64,000 nucleotides of DNA, from positions 10,833-74,832 of the forward strand of contig CAMYID010000011.1 of assembly GCA_947258435.1 (NCBI GenBank). Direction: 5' to 3'. Numbering within the stretch: position 1 is the stretch's first letter; each line of letters opens with the position of its first letter. Below are positions 28,348 to 39,122 of this stretch, piece by piece. The translations under genes and the position numbers were made by a program. Origin of the DNA: an uncultured Alphaproteobacteria bacterium. GTDB taxonomy: Bacteria; Pseudomonadota; Alphaproteobacteria; UBA11222. Under the pieces are notes generated by a model. That model had not been told where the DNA came from and searched no databases. It saw only the letters and a list, made by a program, of their open reading frames with translations.

Positions 28348-29979
28348 CTAAACCGCAACCCCAAGCAGCGCTTCTTCATAGCTCAGGGTTTCTTCTTTCT
28401 TCGCGGCCAGATCTTCTTCGCCCTGTTCGGTCAGCAGCACTTTCTGTATCACTTCGCCGGAACTGCGATCGACACTTTCCAGGCTGACATTATAACCCCA
28501 CAGGGCGCGGATATACTTCAGCACCTCACTGCGGTCTTTTGGCTCAAGCGGTATGTGATCATGGGCCATATGCTGCACCTGCAGACACCGATCACCGCGC
28601 AGGTCCGCGTCGGCAACCTGAATATCGGGTTCTATCCGGCCCACATCGTAGGAGCGCGCCAGTGCCGCGCGCAATTCACGAAACCCTGCCTCATTGTGAA
28701 TGTGCGAGACCGCGTAATGCGATTTCTTCTCCTCATCCGCAATCAGGAACATCCGGAATTTCCGCATAACCGTCGGGCTGAGATATTGCAGGATAAAGGA
28801 TTCATCGCGGTAATTGGCCCAGGCGTCTTTCAGAACACCGCGCCAGTCGTCGCTGCCGGCAAAAGCGGGGAACCATTCCCGGTCTTCATCGGTCGGATCC
28901 TCGCAGATCCGCCGGATATCCTGCATCATCTCGAAACCCAGCGCGTAAGGGTTGAGACCACTATAGCGCGGATCATCATAATCAGGCTGCATCACGACAT
29001 TTGCATGACTGTGCAGGATTTCGAGCAACGCCCCTTCGGAAATCTTGCCAAGGTCGTAAAGGCGGTTTGCAATGTAATAATGAACAAAGGTCGCACAGCC
29101 TTCATTCATAACCTTGGTCTGCTTCTGCGGGTAGAAATATTGCGCGATCTTACTGACAATATGCAGCAATTCGCATTGCCAGTTCTGTAATACCGGACTG
29201 TGTTTTTCGAGGAAGTAGAGCAGGTTTTCCTGTGGCAGCTGCATAGCCTGCATTCTGGCCTTCCGCTGTTCTTCGGTTTCGGGCGGCAGCTTATCGGCAG
29301 CCTTGCCAGGCAAGGTCCGCCAAAGATCGTTGAACTGACTTTCCTCATATTCCGCGCGTTCGCGACGCCGGCGTTCCTTTTCGCGCACGGAGGGTTTTGG
29401 CGGCCGCCGAAAGCGGAACACCCCGTGATCCATCAGCGCATGCGCGGCATCGAGGATTTCCTCTACCGCCTCGGGTCCGTACTTTTCCTCGCACTGCGCG
29501 ATATAGCTTTTCGCGAATTGCATATATTCAAGAATGCCTTCCGCATCGGTCCATTGCTTGAACAGATAATTATTCTTGAAGAAGTGATTATGCCCGAATG
29601 CCGCATGTGCCATGACAAGGGTCTGCATCGGCATGGTGTTTTCTTCCATATTGTAACTGATGCAGGGGTTGGAATTGATGACGATTTCGTATGCAAGCCC
29701 CTGATACCCTTTCCGGTACATCTGCTCGTCGTGGACGAAACGTTTGCCGAACGACCAATGCTGATACATAAGCGGCATGCCGATGGACGAATAGGCATCA
29801 AGCATCTGCTCGGAAGAAATGATCTCAACCTGATTGGGGTAGACATCAAGACCAAGATCGTCGAGTGCGATTTCCTCAATCGCATGATAGGTTCGCTCCA
29901 GCAGCTCAAAGTTCCAGTCCGACCCATCAAACAGCAATTGGTTTTTTTCGCTGGTCAACTTAGTTCTCCTGTCATTCAT
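28348..29979 (-). CDS. ycgB: SpoVR/YcgB family protein
   Basis: Start MNDRRTKLTSEKNQLLFDGSDWNFELL. Strong full-length similarity pattern to SpoVR. Confidence 0.8.
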   Translation of the reverse strand: MNDRRTKLTSEKNQLLFDGSDWNFELLERTYHAIEEIALDDLGLDVYPNQVEIISSEQMLDAYSSIGMPLMYQHWSFGKRFVHDEQMYRKGYQGLAYEIVINSNPCISYNMEENTMPMQTLVMAHAAFGHNHFFKNNYLFKQWTDAEGILEYMQFAKSYIAQCEEKYGPEAVEEILDAAHALMDHGVFRFRRPPKPSVREKERRRRERAEYEESQFNDLWRTLPGKAADKLPPETEEQRKARMQAMQLPQENLLYFLEKHSPVLQNWQCELLHIVSKIAQYFYPQKQTKVMNEGCATFVHYYIANRLYDLGKISEGALLEILHSHANVVMQPDYDDPRYSGLNPYALGFEMMQDIRRICEDPTDEDREWFPAFAGSDDWRGVLKDAWANYRDESFILQYLSPTVMRKFRMFLIADEEKKSHYAVSHIHNEAGFRELRAALARSYDVGRIEPDIQVADADLRGDRCLQVQHMAHDHIPLEPKDRSEVLKYIRALWGYNVSLESVDRSSGEVIQKVLLTEQGEEDLAAKKEETLSYEEALLGVAV

Positions 29980-30001
29980 CCGCCATCGGATGACAAGTGG
30001 C

Positions 30002-31327
30002 TCAGGCCATCGATTTCTGGCGGTCTTTCTGTGCGAACAGCTCACGAAATACCGGATAGATGTCGGCACGGTTTGCAATGCGTTTCATGGCAAAGTTGCG
30101 CCAATCCGCATTGACTTCCTGATAAGAACGCCACAACGCAGCACCGGAGCGGGAATCCTGGAAAATGTCATACTCACGCTCATCCAGGATTTCGATATAG
30201 GCGTAATATTGCAGCAGCGGCATGATGTCGCTTTGCAACAGCGCATTGCACCGTTCGGAATCGCCGGAAAAGTTTTCCCCGTCCGATGCCTGCGCGGCAT
30301 AGATATTCCATTCACTGGTGGGATAACGCTCGGAAATGATGCGCGACATTTCATCGAGCGCGGTGCTGACGACCGTGCCGCCCGTCTCCGCGCTGTAGAA
30401 GAATGTTTGTTCATCCACTTCCTCGGCGTGATGAGTGTGCCGAATAAATACAATGTCTGTTTTCTCGTAACGTCGCTCGAGAAACAGATGCAGCAGCATG
30501 AAAAAGCGTTTTGCGAGATCTTTTTCGCGCTTGCCCATCGAACCTGAAACGTCCATCAGGCAGAACATCACCGCGCGGCTGTTGGACGAGGGCTGATTTT
30601 CAAAACGCCGGTAGCGAATATCCACCGGATCGATAAAGGGCACAGCCCGGATCCGGCGACGAATACGCTCCAGCTCTTCACGCAGGCGGATTGCCTCGGC
30701 ATCCGCCCCTTCGCTTGTTTCAGCCCGCGCCTCAACCTCGGCAAGCTGCGTTTCAAGCGCCCTTATCTTCTCCGATGACGGCCGGCCAAGCGCAATCCGC
30801 CTGCCATAGGCATTCCGCATCGTGCGAATAACGCTGAGATTACTATGGTTGCCCGATGCCGAGTGCCCTGCGCGCTGGCGCTTGAAGGTATTCACTTCGC
30901 GCAAGGAGGTCTTGACCAGATCAGGCAGTTCCAGATCCTCGAAAAAAAGATCGAGGAATTCCTCGCGCGACAGGGCAAAACGAAATGCATCCTCACCCTC
31001 GCCGCCATCGGACCCTTCTTTGCCGCCTTTGCCGCCACCGCCCGATTTCGGCTTTTCCAACTCATCGCCGGGCACGAACTCCCGATTGCCGGTGAAGACG
31101 CGCGACCGGTCACCACCCGTTGAAGAATGGCGGATGCGTGGCTCTTCTATTCCCTTGGTGGGAATGGTGACGACCTCACCATTCCCGATATCTGAAATGT
31201 TCCGGTCCTGAATGGATTTGTTCACCTCTTCCTTGATACGCGCCCTCGCTCGCCTCAGGAACCGTTGCCGGTTGCCCAGACTCTTGTCCTTCGGGTTTAT
31301 GCGCCGGTCAATAAAGTGGTGATGCAT
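30002..31327 (-). CDS. yeaH: YeaH/YhbH family protein (DUF444, vWA-like)
   Basis: MHHHFIDRRINPKDKSLGNRQRFLRRARARIKEEV matches the YeaH N-terminus. Gly-rich acidic linker and C-terminal vWA-like region. Confidence 0.8.
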   Translation of the reverse strand: MHHHFIDRRINPKDKSLGNRQRFLRRARARIKEEVNKSIQDRNISDIGNGEVVTIPTKGIEEPRIRHSSTGGDRSRVFTGNREFVPGDELEKPKSGGGGKGGKEGSDGGEGEDAFRFALSREEFLDLFFEDLELPDLVKTSLREVNTFKRQRAGHSASGNHSNLSVIRTMRNAYGRRIALGRPSSEKIRALETQLAEVEARAETSEGADAEAIRLREELERIRRRIRAVPFIDPVDIRYRRFENQPSSNSRAVMFCLMDVSGSMGKREKDLAKRFFMLLHLFLERRYEKTDIVFIRHTHHAEEVDEQTFFYSAETGGTVVSTALDEMSRIISERYPTSEWNIYAAQASDGENFSGDSERCNALLQSDIMPLLQYYAYIEILDEREYDIFQDSRSGAALWRSYQEVNADWRNFAMKRIANRADIYPVFRELFAQKDRQKSMA

Positions 31328-31354
31328 GATTTTTCTCCGAAACTCCCGGTTACA

Positions 31355-33301
31355 CTACCCCGCCTTGTTGACCCTGATGTACCATTCAACCAGGCGGCGG
31401 ACCTGACGCTGGGTGTACCCGCGTTCCTGCATACGCCGCACAAATTCGGTATGCTTTGCGTCAAGGTCTCCATCTTTCTTCGCGCCGAAGCTGATAACCG
31501 GCAACAGATCTTCCACCTGCCCGAACATCCGCTTCTCAATCACTTCGCGAAGCTTTTCATAGCTCGTCCAGGACGGGTTCCTGCCTTCATTGGCAGCCCG
31601 CGCACGCAAGGCAAACTTCACAACCTCATTTCTGAAGTCCTTGGGGTTTGCAATTCCGGCGGGCTTCTCAATTTTTGACATCTCCATATCCAGGACCGCC
31701 CGATCAAAGATCTGGCCTGTATCCGGGTCCTTGAAATCCTCATCCTCGATCCAGGCATCCGCATATGCGATATAGCGGTCGAACAGGTTTTGTCCGTAAT
31801 CGGAATATGATTCCAGATATGCTTTCTGAATTTCATTGCCGATAAATTCGGCATAGCGGGGCGACAGCTCCGTCTTCAAAAACTCAAGATATTTGGATTC
31901 GACATCATCAGAGAACTGTTCACGACGCACCGCCTGCTCCAGCACATACATGAGGTGAACCGGGTCGGCGGCAACTTCGTCTGTGTCGTAATTGAATGTT
32001 TCCGACAGCACCTTGAAAGCGAAACGCGTGCTGACACCGTTCATACCTTCATCGACACCGGCGACGTCGCGGTACTCCTGAACCGATTTCGCCTTCGGAT
32101 CGACATCTTTCAGGTTTTCACCGTCATAGACCCGCATTTTCGAGTAGAGGGTCGAATTCTCATGCTCACGCAAGCGGGTCAGCGTGCTGAACCGCGCCAG
32201 CATTTCGAGTGTATCGGGCGCGCATTGCGCATCGCCCAACTCACTCTCGCGCAGCAGCTTTTCATAGATCTTCGCCTCGTCCGACCAGCGCAGGCAATAA
32301 GGCACCTTCACAACGCAGATCCGGTCGAGAAATGCTTCATTGTTCTTGTTGGACTTGAATTGCTGCCATTCCGCCTCGTTTGAATGCGCCAGGATGACAC
32401 CTTCAAACGGGAAAGCCCCGAAATTCTCCGTCCCAAGATAATTTTCCTCCTGCGTCGCGGTCAGCAGGGGATGCAGCACCTTGATCGGCGCTTTGAACAT
32501 CTCGACAAATTCCAGCATACCCTGGGTTGCCCGGTTCAGACCGCCGCAATAGGCATAGGCATCGGGATCGTTCTGACTGAAATGTTCAAGCTTACGAATA
32601 TCGACCTTGCCGACCAGCGATGAGATATCCTGATTATTGTCATCGCCCGGCTCGGTCTTGGCGATACCGATCTGGCGCAATTTGGAAGGATACAGCTTGG
32701 CGACCGAGAATTTCGAAATATCGCCGTCAAATTCATCAAGCCGCTTGACAGCCCATGGCGACATCAAACCATTCAACCGCCGCTTGGGAATGCCGTATTT
32801 ATCATCCAGCAGATCGCCCATCCGCTCCGGATTGAACAAGCCAAGCGGTGATTCAAACACCGGGCTGACCTCATCGCCGGCCTGCAGCACATAGATCGGT
32901 CGTTCTTCCATCAGCCGCTTCAGCCGCTCAGCCAGCGAGGACTTGCCACCGCCCACCGGGCCGAGCAGATACAGAACCTGCTTGCGTTCTTCCAGTCCCT
33001 GAGCGGCATAACGGAAATAACCGACGATACGTTCGACCGTATCTTCCATGCCGAAGAACTGGCTGAATGCGGGATAACGTTTAATTGTGCGATTTTGAAA
33101 AATGCGGCCCAATCGAGGGTCAGCGCTTGTATCGATCAACTCGGGTTCACCAATCGCGTCGATCATGCGTTCGGCGGCGGTCGCGAAAAAATCAGGATGG
33201 TCTCGGCAACTGAGCAGATAATCCTGTAGGCTCATTCGCTCCTGTTTCTCACGCGAATATGCCTCGTTAAAGAGATCGAAGACATCGTTCATTGCGTTCA
33301 T
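31355..33301 (-). CDS. yeaG: PrkA/YeaG family serine protein kinase (AAA-like N-terminus)
   Basis: LYLLGPVGGGKSSLAERLKRL Walker A. Start MNAMNDVF. About 650 aa. Confidence 0.85.
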   Translation of the reverse strand: MNAMNDVFDLFNEAYSREKQERMSLQDYLLSCRDHPDFFATAAERMIDAIGEPELIDTSADPRLGRIFQNRTIKRYPAFSQFFGMEDTVERIVGYFRYAAQGLEERKQVLYLLGPVGGGKSSLAERLKRLMEERPIYVLQAGDEVSPVFESPLGLFNPERMGDLLDDKYGIPKRRLNGLMSPWAVKRLDEFDGDISKFSVAKLYPSKLRQIGIAKTEPGDDNNQDISSLVGKVDIRKLEHFSQNDPDAYAYCGGLNRATQGMLEFVEMFKAPIKVLHPLLTATQEENYLGTENFGAFPFEGVILAHSNEAEWQQFKSNKNNEAFLDRICVVKVPYCLRWSDEAKIYEKLLRESELGDAQCAPDTLEMLARFSTLTRLREHENSTLYSKMRVYDGENLKDVDPKAKSVQEYRDVAGVDEGMNGVSTRFAFKVLSETFNYDTDEVAADPVHLMYVLEQAVRREQFSDDVESKYLEFLKTELSPRYAEFIGNEIQKAYLESYSDYGQNLFDRYIAYADAWIEDEDFKDPDTGQIFDRAVLDMEMSKIEKPAGIANPKDFRNEVVKFALRARAANEGRNPSWTSYEKLREVIEKRMFGQVEDLLPVISFGAKKDGDLDAKHTEFVRRMQERGYTQRQVRRLVEWYIRVNKAG

Positions 33302-33857
33302 GGCGTAGTCCTTTGAGGTTATCTGACTTACACCCCCCCGCATCAATTTACTTCGGCAATCTCCCCCTGCACTTCGGTGTGATCTTAAATCCTTTCAATC
33401 CTGCCCTTGCGTTTGGTCACGCAATTTTTATCGGGCTATCCACATATTCAAACAAACAGATAACGATTCAACCAAACAACGAATTTCTGTTTATTTTCAA
33501 AAACATAGTAAGAAAATCTGTTTATCTGCCTTCATACAGTAACGTGATTCGCCAGGCGTTTGTATTTTTTTCCGTTCGCGGATTATCCTAGGAGTGACAA
33601 GGTTACCAAACTCTTAAATCTTTCAAATGCTTGCGTAACACTTTGTACTGCCTGTTACAGAAGCCAAAACGCAGCACCAACGCCCTGTGGCGCCACTTTC
33701 GGCCGAACCGCGCATGTTGGATGCGCGCTTTTGTTACAAATAACAAAGCAATTATTACGCCACTTTTTCGCCAAGCTGGCCTGGTCATTCGGTTCCGGCG
33801 ACCTGAGCGTCTCAGATATTTGTGACAGCCAACTCATCCAACAACAAAAAGTCGTGC

Positions 33858-35243
33858 CTATTCATCGACATAAGGGTTGGAGCGCCGCCGCATGCGCAAC
33901 CGTATTGGCACACCGGGCAAATCGAAATCCGCCCGCAACCCGTTGATCAAATAACGTGCATAGGCACCGGGCAGTTCCTGCCCCTTGGGTGAAAAAACGG
34001 CAAAAGTAGGCGGTCGTGTCGATACCTGCGTCATGTAGCGCAATTTGATCCGCCGGCCTTGCGACAATGGCGGCGGGTGACGTTCGGTCATTTCCGACAA
34101 CCATTCATTTAATATGGCTGTCCCGATCCGTTTGTTCCAGACCGCGTTCATTTTCGCAACTGCCGGCAGCAGCTTCTCCACTCCCTTGCCGCTCAGCGCG
34201 GATAATGTGATCAAGGGTACACCCCTGATCTGGGGCAGAGCTTCATCAAGCTGGTTACGCAATGCCTTCAGCCACTCTTGCGGATAATCGATCAGATCCC
34301 ACTTGTTGACCGCAATCACCATTGCGCGCCCTTCGCGCGCGATCATGTCCGCAATATGCAGATCCTGCTTTTCAAATGGCGCTGTTGCGTCGATAAGCAA
34401 GATCACACTCTCTGCAAAGCCCATTGCGCGCTTGGCATCCGCCACGGCCAGTTTTTCAAGTTTTCCGCTGACCCGTGCCCGTTTTCGCATGCCCGCTGTG
34501 TCAAAAAGCCGCACCGGTCTGCCGGACCATTCCCACTCGACAGCGATTGAATCGCGCGTCAGCCCGGCTTCTGGACCGGCCAGCAGACGCTCCTCGCCGA
34601 TCAACTGATTGATCAGTGTCGATTTGCCGGCATTCGGCCGACCGACGATGGCAATTTTCAGGGGGCGGTCCGGCGTATCCTCGTTGTCATCACCTTCAAT
34701 CGCCACGGGCACAGGCTCGCCCGGCCCTTCATCGACTGCTGCCGCGTTCCGTGCTTCCTGAAATTCTGCCAGTGCGTCATACAGCTCCCCAAGTCCCTGA
34801 CCATGTTCGGCAGACAGGGCAATCGGTTCACCAAGCCCCAGCGCATAGGCATCGATCAGCCCTTGCTGCCCGGCGCCGCCTTCGCATTTGTTTGCAGCCA
34901 GCAGAACCGGCGTTTCTCCCTTGCGCAAAAGGCGGGCAAAATGCGTATCAAGCGGCGTCAGGCCGGCGCGCGCATCGATCAGCAACAGGCAGAGATCGGC
35001 CTGCTCAACCGCGCGGTCCGTCTGCTCGCGCATGCGGCGTTGCAGATCTCCGTCGCCCGGCTCTTCCAGCCCGGCAGTATCGATGATGCGGAACGACAGA
35101 TCCGCAAGCCGCGCATCGCCTTCGCGCCGGTCGCGGGTAACGCCGGGGGTATCGTCGACAAGCGCGATGCGTTTACCGATCAGCCGGTTAAACAGCGTCG
35201 ACTTACCGACATTCGGACGTCCAACAATAGCCAGGGTGAACAT
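33858..35243 (-). CDS. der: Ribosome-biogenesis GTPase Der (EngA), tandem GTPase domains
   Basis: IVGRPNVGKSTLFN and a second IVGRPNAGKSTLIN G1 motif. Confidence 0.9.
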   Translation of the reverse strand: MFTLAIVGRPNVGKSTLFNRLIGKRIALVDDTPGVTRDRREGDARLADLSFRIIDTAGLEEPGDGDLQRRMREQTDRAVEQADLCLLLIDARAGLTPLDTHFARLLRKGETPVLLAANKCEGGAGQQGLIDAYALGLGEPIALSAEHGQGLGELYDALAEFQEARNAAAVDEGPGEPVPVAIEGDDNEDTPDRPLKIAIVGRPNAGKSTLINQLIGEERLLAGPEAGLTRDSIAVEWEWSGRPVRLFDTAGMRKRARVSGKLEKLAVADAKRAMGFAESVILLIDATAPFEKQDLHIADMIAREGRAMVIAVNKWDLIDYPQEWLKALRNQLDEALPQIRGVPLITLSALSGKGVEKLLPAVAKMNAVWNKRIGTAILNEWLSEMTERHPPPLSQGRRIKLRYMTQVSTRPPTFAVFSPKGQELPGAYARYLINGLRADFDLPGVPIRLRMRRRSNPYVDE

Positions 35244-35284
35244 GATAACGCACCAGATAGCCTGCCCTCTGACAGGCGGAATGC

Positions 35285-36700
35285 TTAGCGGTAGACCAGC
35301 AATTCGCTGCCATCGGTCAGCAGATAGAGGGACTGGTCCGCCACAACAGGCGGAACATATGTCCCCGCGGGAATTTTTATATAACCCAGAACTTCGCCAT
35401 CATACGGGGAAATTGCAATGACATGCCCCAGATTCGATACCGCGATCAGCCGATCACCCGCCAGAACCGGACCGCTCCATTCAAGGCGCCCTTCCCGTTC
35501 TTCCTGATCCTTGTAGCGGCGTAACTGCCGAACCCAGCGAACGCGCCCGTCCCGCCGTGAAACAGCAGCAAGTTCCGCATCAAGCGTCAGAACAAAAATA
35601 AAATCACCCGCCACCCAGGGGGTCTGTACACCGGCGATATTGCGGGTCCACACCCGCTCTCCGGTGCGTAAATCAATAGAGACAAGATTACCCGAATGGC
35701 TGATCGCAAACACCCTGCCGCGGTCGATTACCGGACGCCCGGCAATGTCGTTCAATTCCGATATCGCGGTAACACGCCCCGCGCGCGTCAACGTATCTGT
35801 CCAGACAGTACGGCCATTCTCGACACGCAATGCCACAAGCTCGCCGGAGGTGAACGGCACAACCACCGTATCGCCGGCCACTGCGGGGGCCGCACTACCC
35901 AGAACACCCGCACTTTCCACAAGCCCCTGATGGGTCCACAGGACGCGCCCGTCATCGGCTGCCAGCACATAAAGCTGATTATCATGGGTGATGGCGAAGA
36001 CCCGTCCGCCATTTACCGTCGGCGCTGATCTGACCGGCACCTCAACCTCGGTGCGCCATAATTCCTGCCCGGTTTCAGCATTGAAAGCGGCAATAAATCC
36101 GTAGCCGCTTCCCAGAAACACACGGCCATCGGCAAACGCCAGTCCACCGCCGAATGCGGCACTCGGGTTTTCGACCTGATCGCCGGCGAAGAAGGGAAAA
36201 TGCGGCGGCCAGACGGAAAAATCGAAATCCGTTTCACCTGTCGGCCGCGGTTCGGCACGCCATAATCTTTTGCCATTGCCAGCCGCAAGCGCGCTGATAC
36301 CGCCTTGTGCGTCCAGGACAAAGACGCGGCCATCGGCAATGACCGGTTCGGCCAGAAGCTCGGTATCCGCGTCGGCTCCCTTGCCGGCCTTCTGTTGCCA
36401 GGCCACAGCCAGTTGCGGCGGCAAAGCCAGATGATGCATCGCATGATCGGCATATCCCCCCGGCTGCGGCCAGTCACGATTGACATAAGGACGTGGCAGC
36501 ATCACCTGCAAATCGCTGATCCGCGGATCAGACTCAAGGCTTTTGTCAAGCGCAAGGACCGATATGCGCTCACCCTCCAGCTTCGGCCCCGTCGCGGGCT
36601 TGAAAATATCACAGCCGCCAAGCATTCCGCTCATAAGCGTCAGCAACACCAGCGGCAGCAGCGGCGCAGGCCGGTTCACGCCCGCTCTCGGCGACATCAT
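35285..36700 (-). CDS. bamB: Outer-membrane assembly lipoprotein BamB (PQQ-like beta-propeller)
   Basis: Lipobox LMSGMLGGC. Repeated GRVF/GELVALR/TGERVW propeller blades. Sits between the TPR protein and der. Its start overlaps the upstream gene by about 60 nt. Confidence 0.75.
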   Translation of the reverse strand: MMSPRAGVNRPAPLLPLVLLTLMSGMLGGCDIFKPATGPKLEGERISVLALDKSLESDPRISDLQVMLPRPYVNRDWPQPGGYADHAMHHLALPPQLAVAWQQKAGKGADADTELLAEPVIADGRVFVLDAQGGISALAAGNGKRLWRAEPRPTGETDFDFSVWPPHFPFFAGDQVENPSAAFGGGLAFADGRVFLGSGYGFIAAFNAETGQELWRTEVEVPVRSAPTVNGGRVFAITHDNQLYVLAADDGRVLWTHQGLVESAGVLGSAAPAVAGDTVVVPFTSGELVALRVENGRTVWTDTLTRAGRVTAISELNDIAGRPVIDRGRVFAISHSGNLVSIDLRTGERVWTRNIAGVQTPWVAGDFIFVLTLDAELAAVSRRDGRVRWVRQLRRYKDQEEREGRLEWSGPVLAGDRLIAVSNLGHVIAISPYDGEVLGYIKIPAGTYVPPVVADQSLYLLTDGSELLVYR

Positions 36701-36758
36701 GCCCGCTCTGGGCGATATGAAGGAAAATCGCGCCCCCACGTTATTCAACCCTCGCACC

Positions 36759-37475
36759 TTATTGCCCCATTGCATCGGCAGACGGGGTTGCGGTTCCGGG
36801 TTCGGTTTCGGTTTCGGGCGCGACTGCGGGCGCCGGCAGCCCCTCAAGCATTTGCGCCGCCCGCGCACGCATACCCTGCGGCGCTGTCAGATCATCCGCC
36901 AGAACCCGGAATGTAGCCGCGGCATCCGGTTTTCGCCCCTCGCGCAAGGCAAGGAATGCAAGCGCCTCGCGCGCGGAATGGCGAAACGGATGCCCCTCCC
37001 CCGTAAACGGGGAAAGCCGAAGCTTCAGCTCATCACCACTGGCGCTGTCTGACAACAGCAACGCAGCCTTGAGCGCGGCCAAATCGCGCCAAAGCTGATC
37101 AGCCTCACTGTCCATAGCAAGCTGATCCAACACCGCAACCGCCTGCGGCCGCTCCCCCGCAGCGAGCAAGGAAGCCGCCTGCTTCATCCGGGCAACCGCA
37201 ATGTAACCCGCCGAGCCGCCTTCACGCGCCAGTGCGGCAAAATTCTCCGCCGCCGCTGTCGCATCGCCATCAAGCAGCAGTTGTTCCCCTTCAAGAAACG
37301 CAATAGCTGCTTCGGCCTGCCGGTCGCGTGCGTAATTCTGCCAGAAGGCCCAGCCCGCGACGCTCAGGACAAGCAGGACGATCGCGCTGATGACCAGCAG
37401 GCCATAGCGATCCCATAATGATTTCAGTTGTTCATTGCGAATGTCATCTGAGACTTCGCGAAAAATATCGCTCAA
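36759..37475 (-). CDS. YfgM-like TPR membrane protein
   Basis: N-terminal TM helix (LLVISAIVLLVLSVAGWAFW) followed by Ala-rich TPR-like helices. Conserved position upstream of bamB-der. Confidence 0.55.
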   Translation of the reverse strand: MSDIFREVSDDIRNEQLKSLWDRYGLLVISAIVLLVLSVAGWAFWQNYARDRQAEAAIAFLEGEQLLLDGDATAAAENFAALAREGGSAGYIAVARMKQAASLLAAGERPQAVAVLDQLAMDSEADQLWRDLAALKAALLLSDSASGDELKLRLSPFTGEGHPFRHSAREALAFLALREGRKPDAAATFRVLADDLTAPQGMRARAAQMLEGLPAPAVAPETETEPGTATPSADAMGQ

Positions 37476-37553
37476 AAGCCTTTCACTCCGCCGCTAACCA
37501 CGAATCCCACAACGCGCAACCCGCGCGCCGCATACAATATCGTGTCTTTGAGT

Positions 37554-39101
37554 TTATTCCCACTCGATCGTGCCGGGTGGTTTTGAGGTGATGTCATAGA
37601 CGACCCGGTTGATGCCGCGCACTTCATTGATGATACGGGTTGCCACCTGCCCGAGGAAGGCATGTTCAAACGGAAAGTAATCCGCCGTCATCCCGTCGGT
37701 CGAAGTGACAGCGCGCAGCGCGCAGACATAGTCATAGGAGCGTTCATCGCCCATGACGCCAACGGTTTTGACCGGCAGCAGCACGGCAAAGGCCTGCCAG
37801 ATTTCGTCATAAAGCTCCGCCTGTCTGATCGCGTCGATATAGATCGCATCCGCCTGACGCAGAATATCAAGCTTGTCGGCCGTAATCTCACCGGGGATAC
37901 GGATCGCCAGGCCCGGGCCGGGAAAGGGGTGGCGGCCCACGAATATCTCAGGCAGGCCCAGCTCGCGGCCAAGGGCGCGCACCTCATCCTTGAACAGCTC
38001 GCGCAGCGGCTCAACCAGGGCCATATTCATCCGCTCGGGCAGACCGCCGACATTGTGATGCGATTTGATCGTAACGCTGGGGCCCCCATCGAATGACACG
38101 CTTTCGATGACATCGGGATAAAGCGTGCCCTGCGCCAGAAAATCCGCCCCGCCGATCTTGGCCGCCTCTTCCTCGAAGACATCGATAAAAGCCGCGCCGA
38201 TTATCTTGCGTTTCTGCTCGGGGTCGGTAACCCCGGCAAGCCTGGACAGAAACAGCTCGGATGCGTCCCGATGCACAAGATGGATGTTATAGTGGCCGCG
38301 AAACAAGCTGACGACCTGTTCCGCTTCGCCTGCGCGCATCATGCCGGTATCGACAAAGACACAGGTGAGCTGATCGCCCAGCGCCTCATGCAGCAGCACC
38401 GCCACCACGGAGCTGTCGACCCCGCCTGACAGACCGCAGATCACACGCCCCTCACCCACCTGATCGCGAACCTTGGCAATTTCGGTTTCGCGGAAAGCGG
38501 CCATTGTCCAGTCGCCGGCACATTGCGCGATCTTGCAGGTAAAATTCTCAAGCAGCCGCGCCCCGGCGGGCGTATGAACGACTTCCGGATGAAACTGCAC
38601 ACCGTAGAACCGCCTTTGCTCATCCGCTATGGCGGCAAATGGCGCATGATCGCTGACCGCAACAGGGCTGAACCCCGGTGGCAGGGAGACAACCCTGTCC
38701 CCGTGGCTCATCCACACCTGATCGCTTGTCCCGACCGGCCAGACCCCGTCAAACAGCCGGCATTCATCGGTCACCTTCAGAATTGCGCGACCGAATTCCC
38801 GCTTGTCCGAAACCGCAACCTCACCGCCAAGCTGGGCGCACATCGTCTGCTCGCCATAACAGATACCAAGTACGGGCACCCCCATCGTAAACACCCTGTC
38901 CGGCACACGCGGGGTGCCGGCATGGGTCACACTGGCTGGCCCGCCGGATAAAATAATGCCCTTGGGCGCAAACTCATCAAGGACTTCTTCCGATCTGTTG
39001 TAGGGCACGATCTCGCAATAGACGTTGCTTTCACGCACACGGCGGGCAATCAGCTGCGTGACCTGCGAACCAAAATCGATGATCAGAATGCGATCGGACA
39101 T
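37554..39101 (-). CDS. guaA: GMP synthase (glutamine-hydrolysing)
   Basis: [24 protein letters not shown]...; GATase catalytic Cys region and [10 protein letters not shown]-loop. Confidence 0.95.
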   Translation of the reverse strand: MSDRILIIDFGSQVTQLIARRVRESNVYCEIVPYNRSEEVLDEFAPKGIILSGGPASVTHAGTPRVPDRVFTMGVPVLGICYGEQTMCAQLGGEVAVSDKREFGRAILKVTDECRLFDGVWPVGTSDQVWMSHGDRVVSLPPGFSPVAVSDHAPFAAIADEQRRFYGVQFHPEVVHTPAGARLLENFTCKIAQCAGDWTMAAFRETEIAKVRDQVGEGRVICGLSGGVDSSVVAVLLHEALGDQLTCVFVDTGMMRAGEAEQVVSLFRGHYNIHLVHRDASELFLSRLAGVTDPEQKRKIIGAAFIDVFEEEAAKIGGADFLAQGTLYPDVIESVSFDGGPSVTIKSHHNVGGLPERMNMALVEPLRELFKDEVRALGRELGLPEIFVGRHPFPGPGLAIRIPGEITADKLDILRQADAIYIDAIRQAELYDEIWQAFAVLLPVKTVGVMGDERSYDYVCALRAVTSTDGMTADYFPFEHAFLGQVATRIINEVRGINRVVYDITSKPPGTIEWE

Positions 39102-39122
39102 GGGCTTTTGCGGCTTCCTTTC

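Noticed and set aside
28321-30114. Plus-strand ORFs of 289 and 304 aa
   Set aside because: They are antisense to spoVR. The minus-strand SpoVR translation is full-length and highly characteristic.
33347-33857. Search for an EcfG-type GGAAC-N16/17-CGTT promoter upstream of prkA
   Set aside because: No convincing match was found by eye on the minus strand, so the sigma-factor assignment is left open.
36700-36759. About 60-nt overlap between the TPR (YfgM-like) gene end and the bamB start
   Set aside because: The BamB lipoprotein signal peptide (Cys at 36613) needs a start at or above about 36658, so some overlap is unavoidable with any start. This probably reflects a low-complexity C-terminal tail of the TPR protein rather than an annotation problem.
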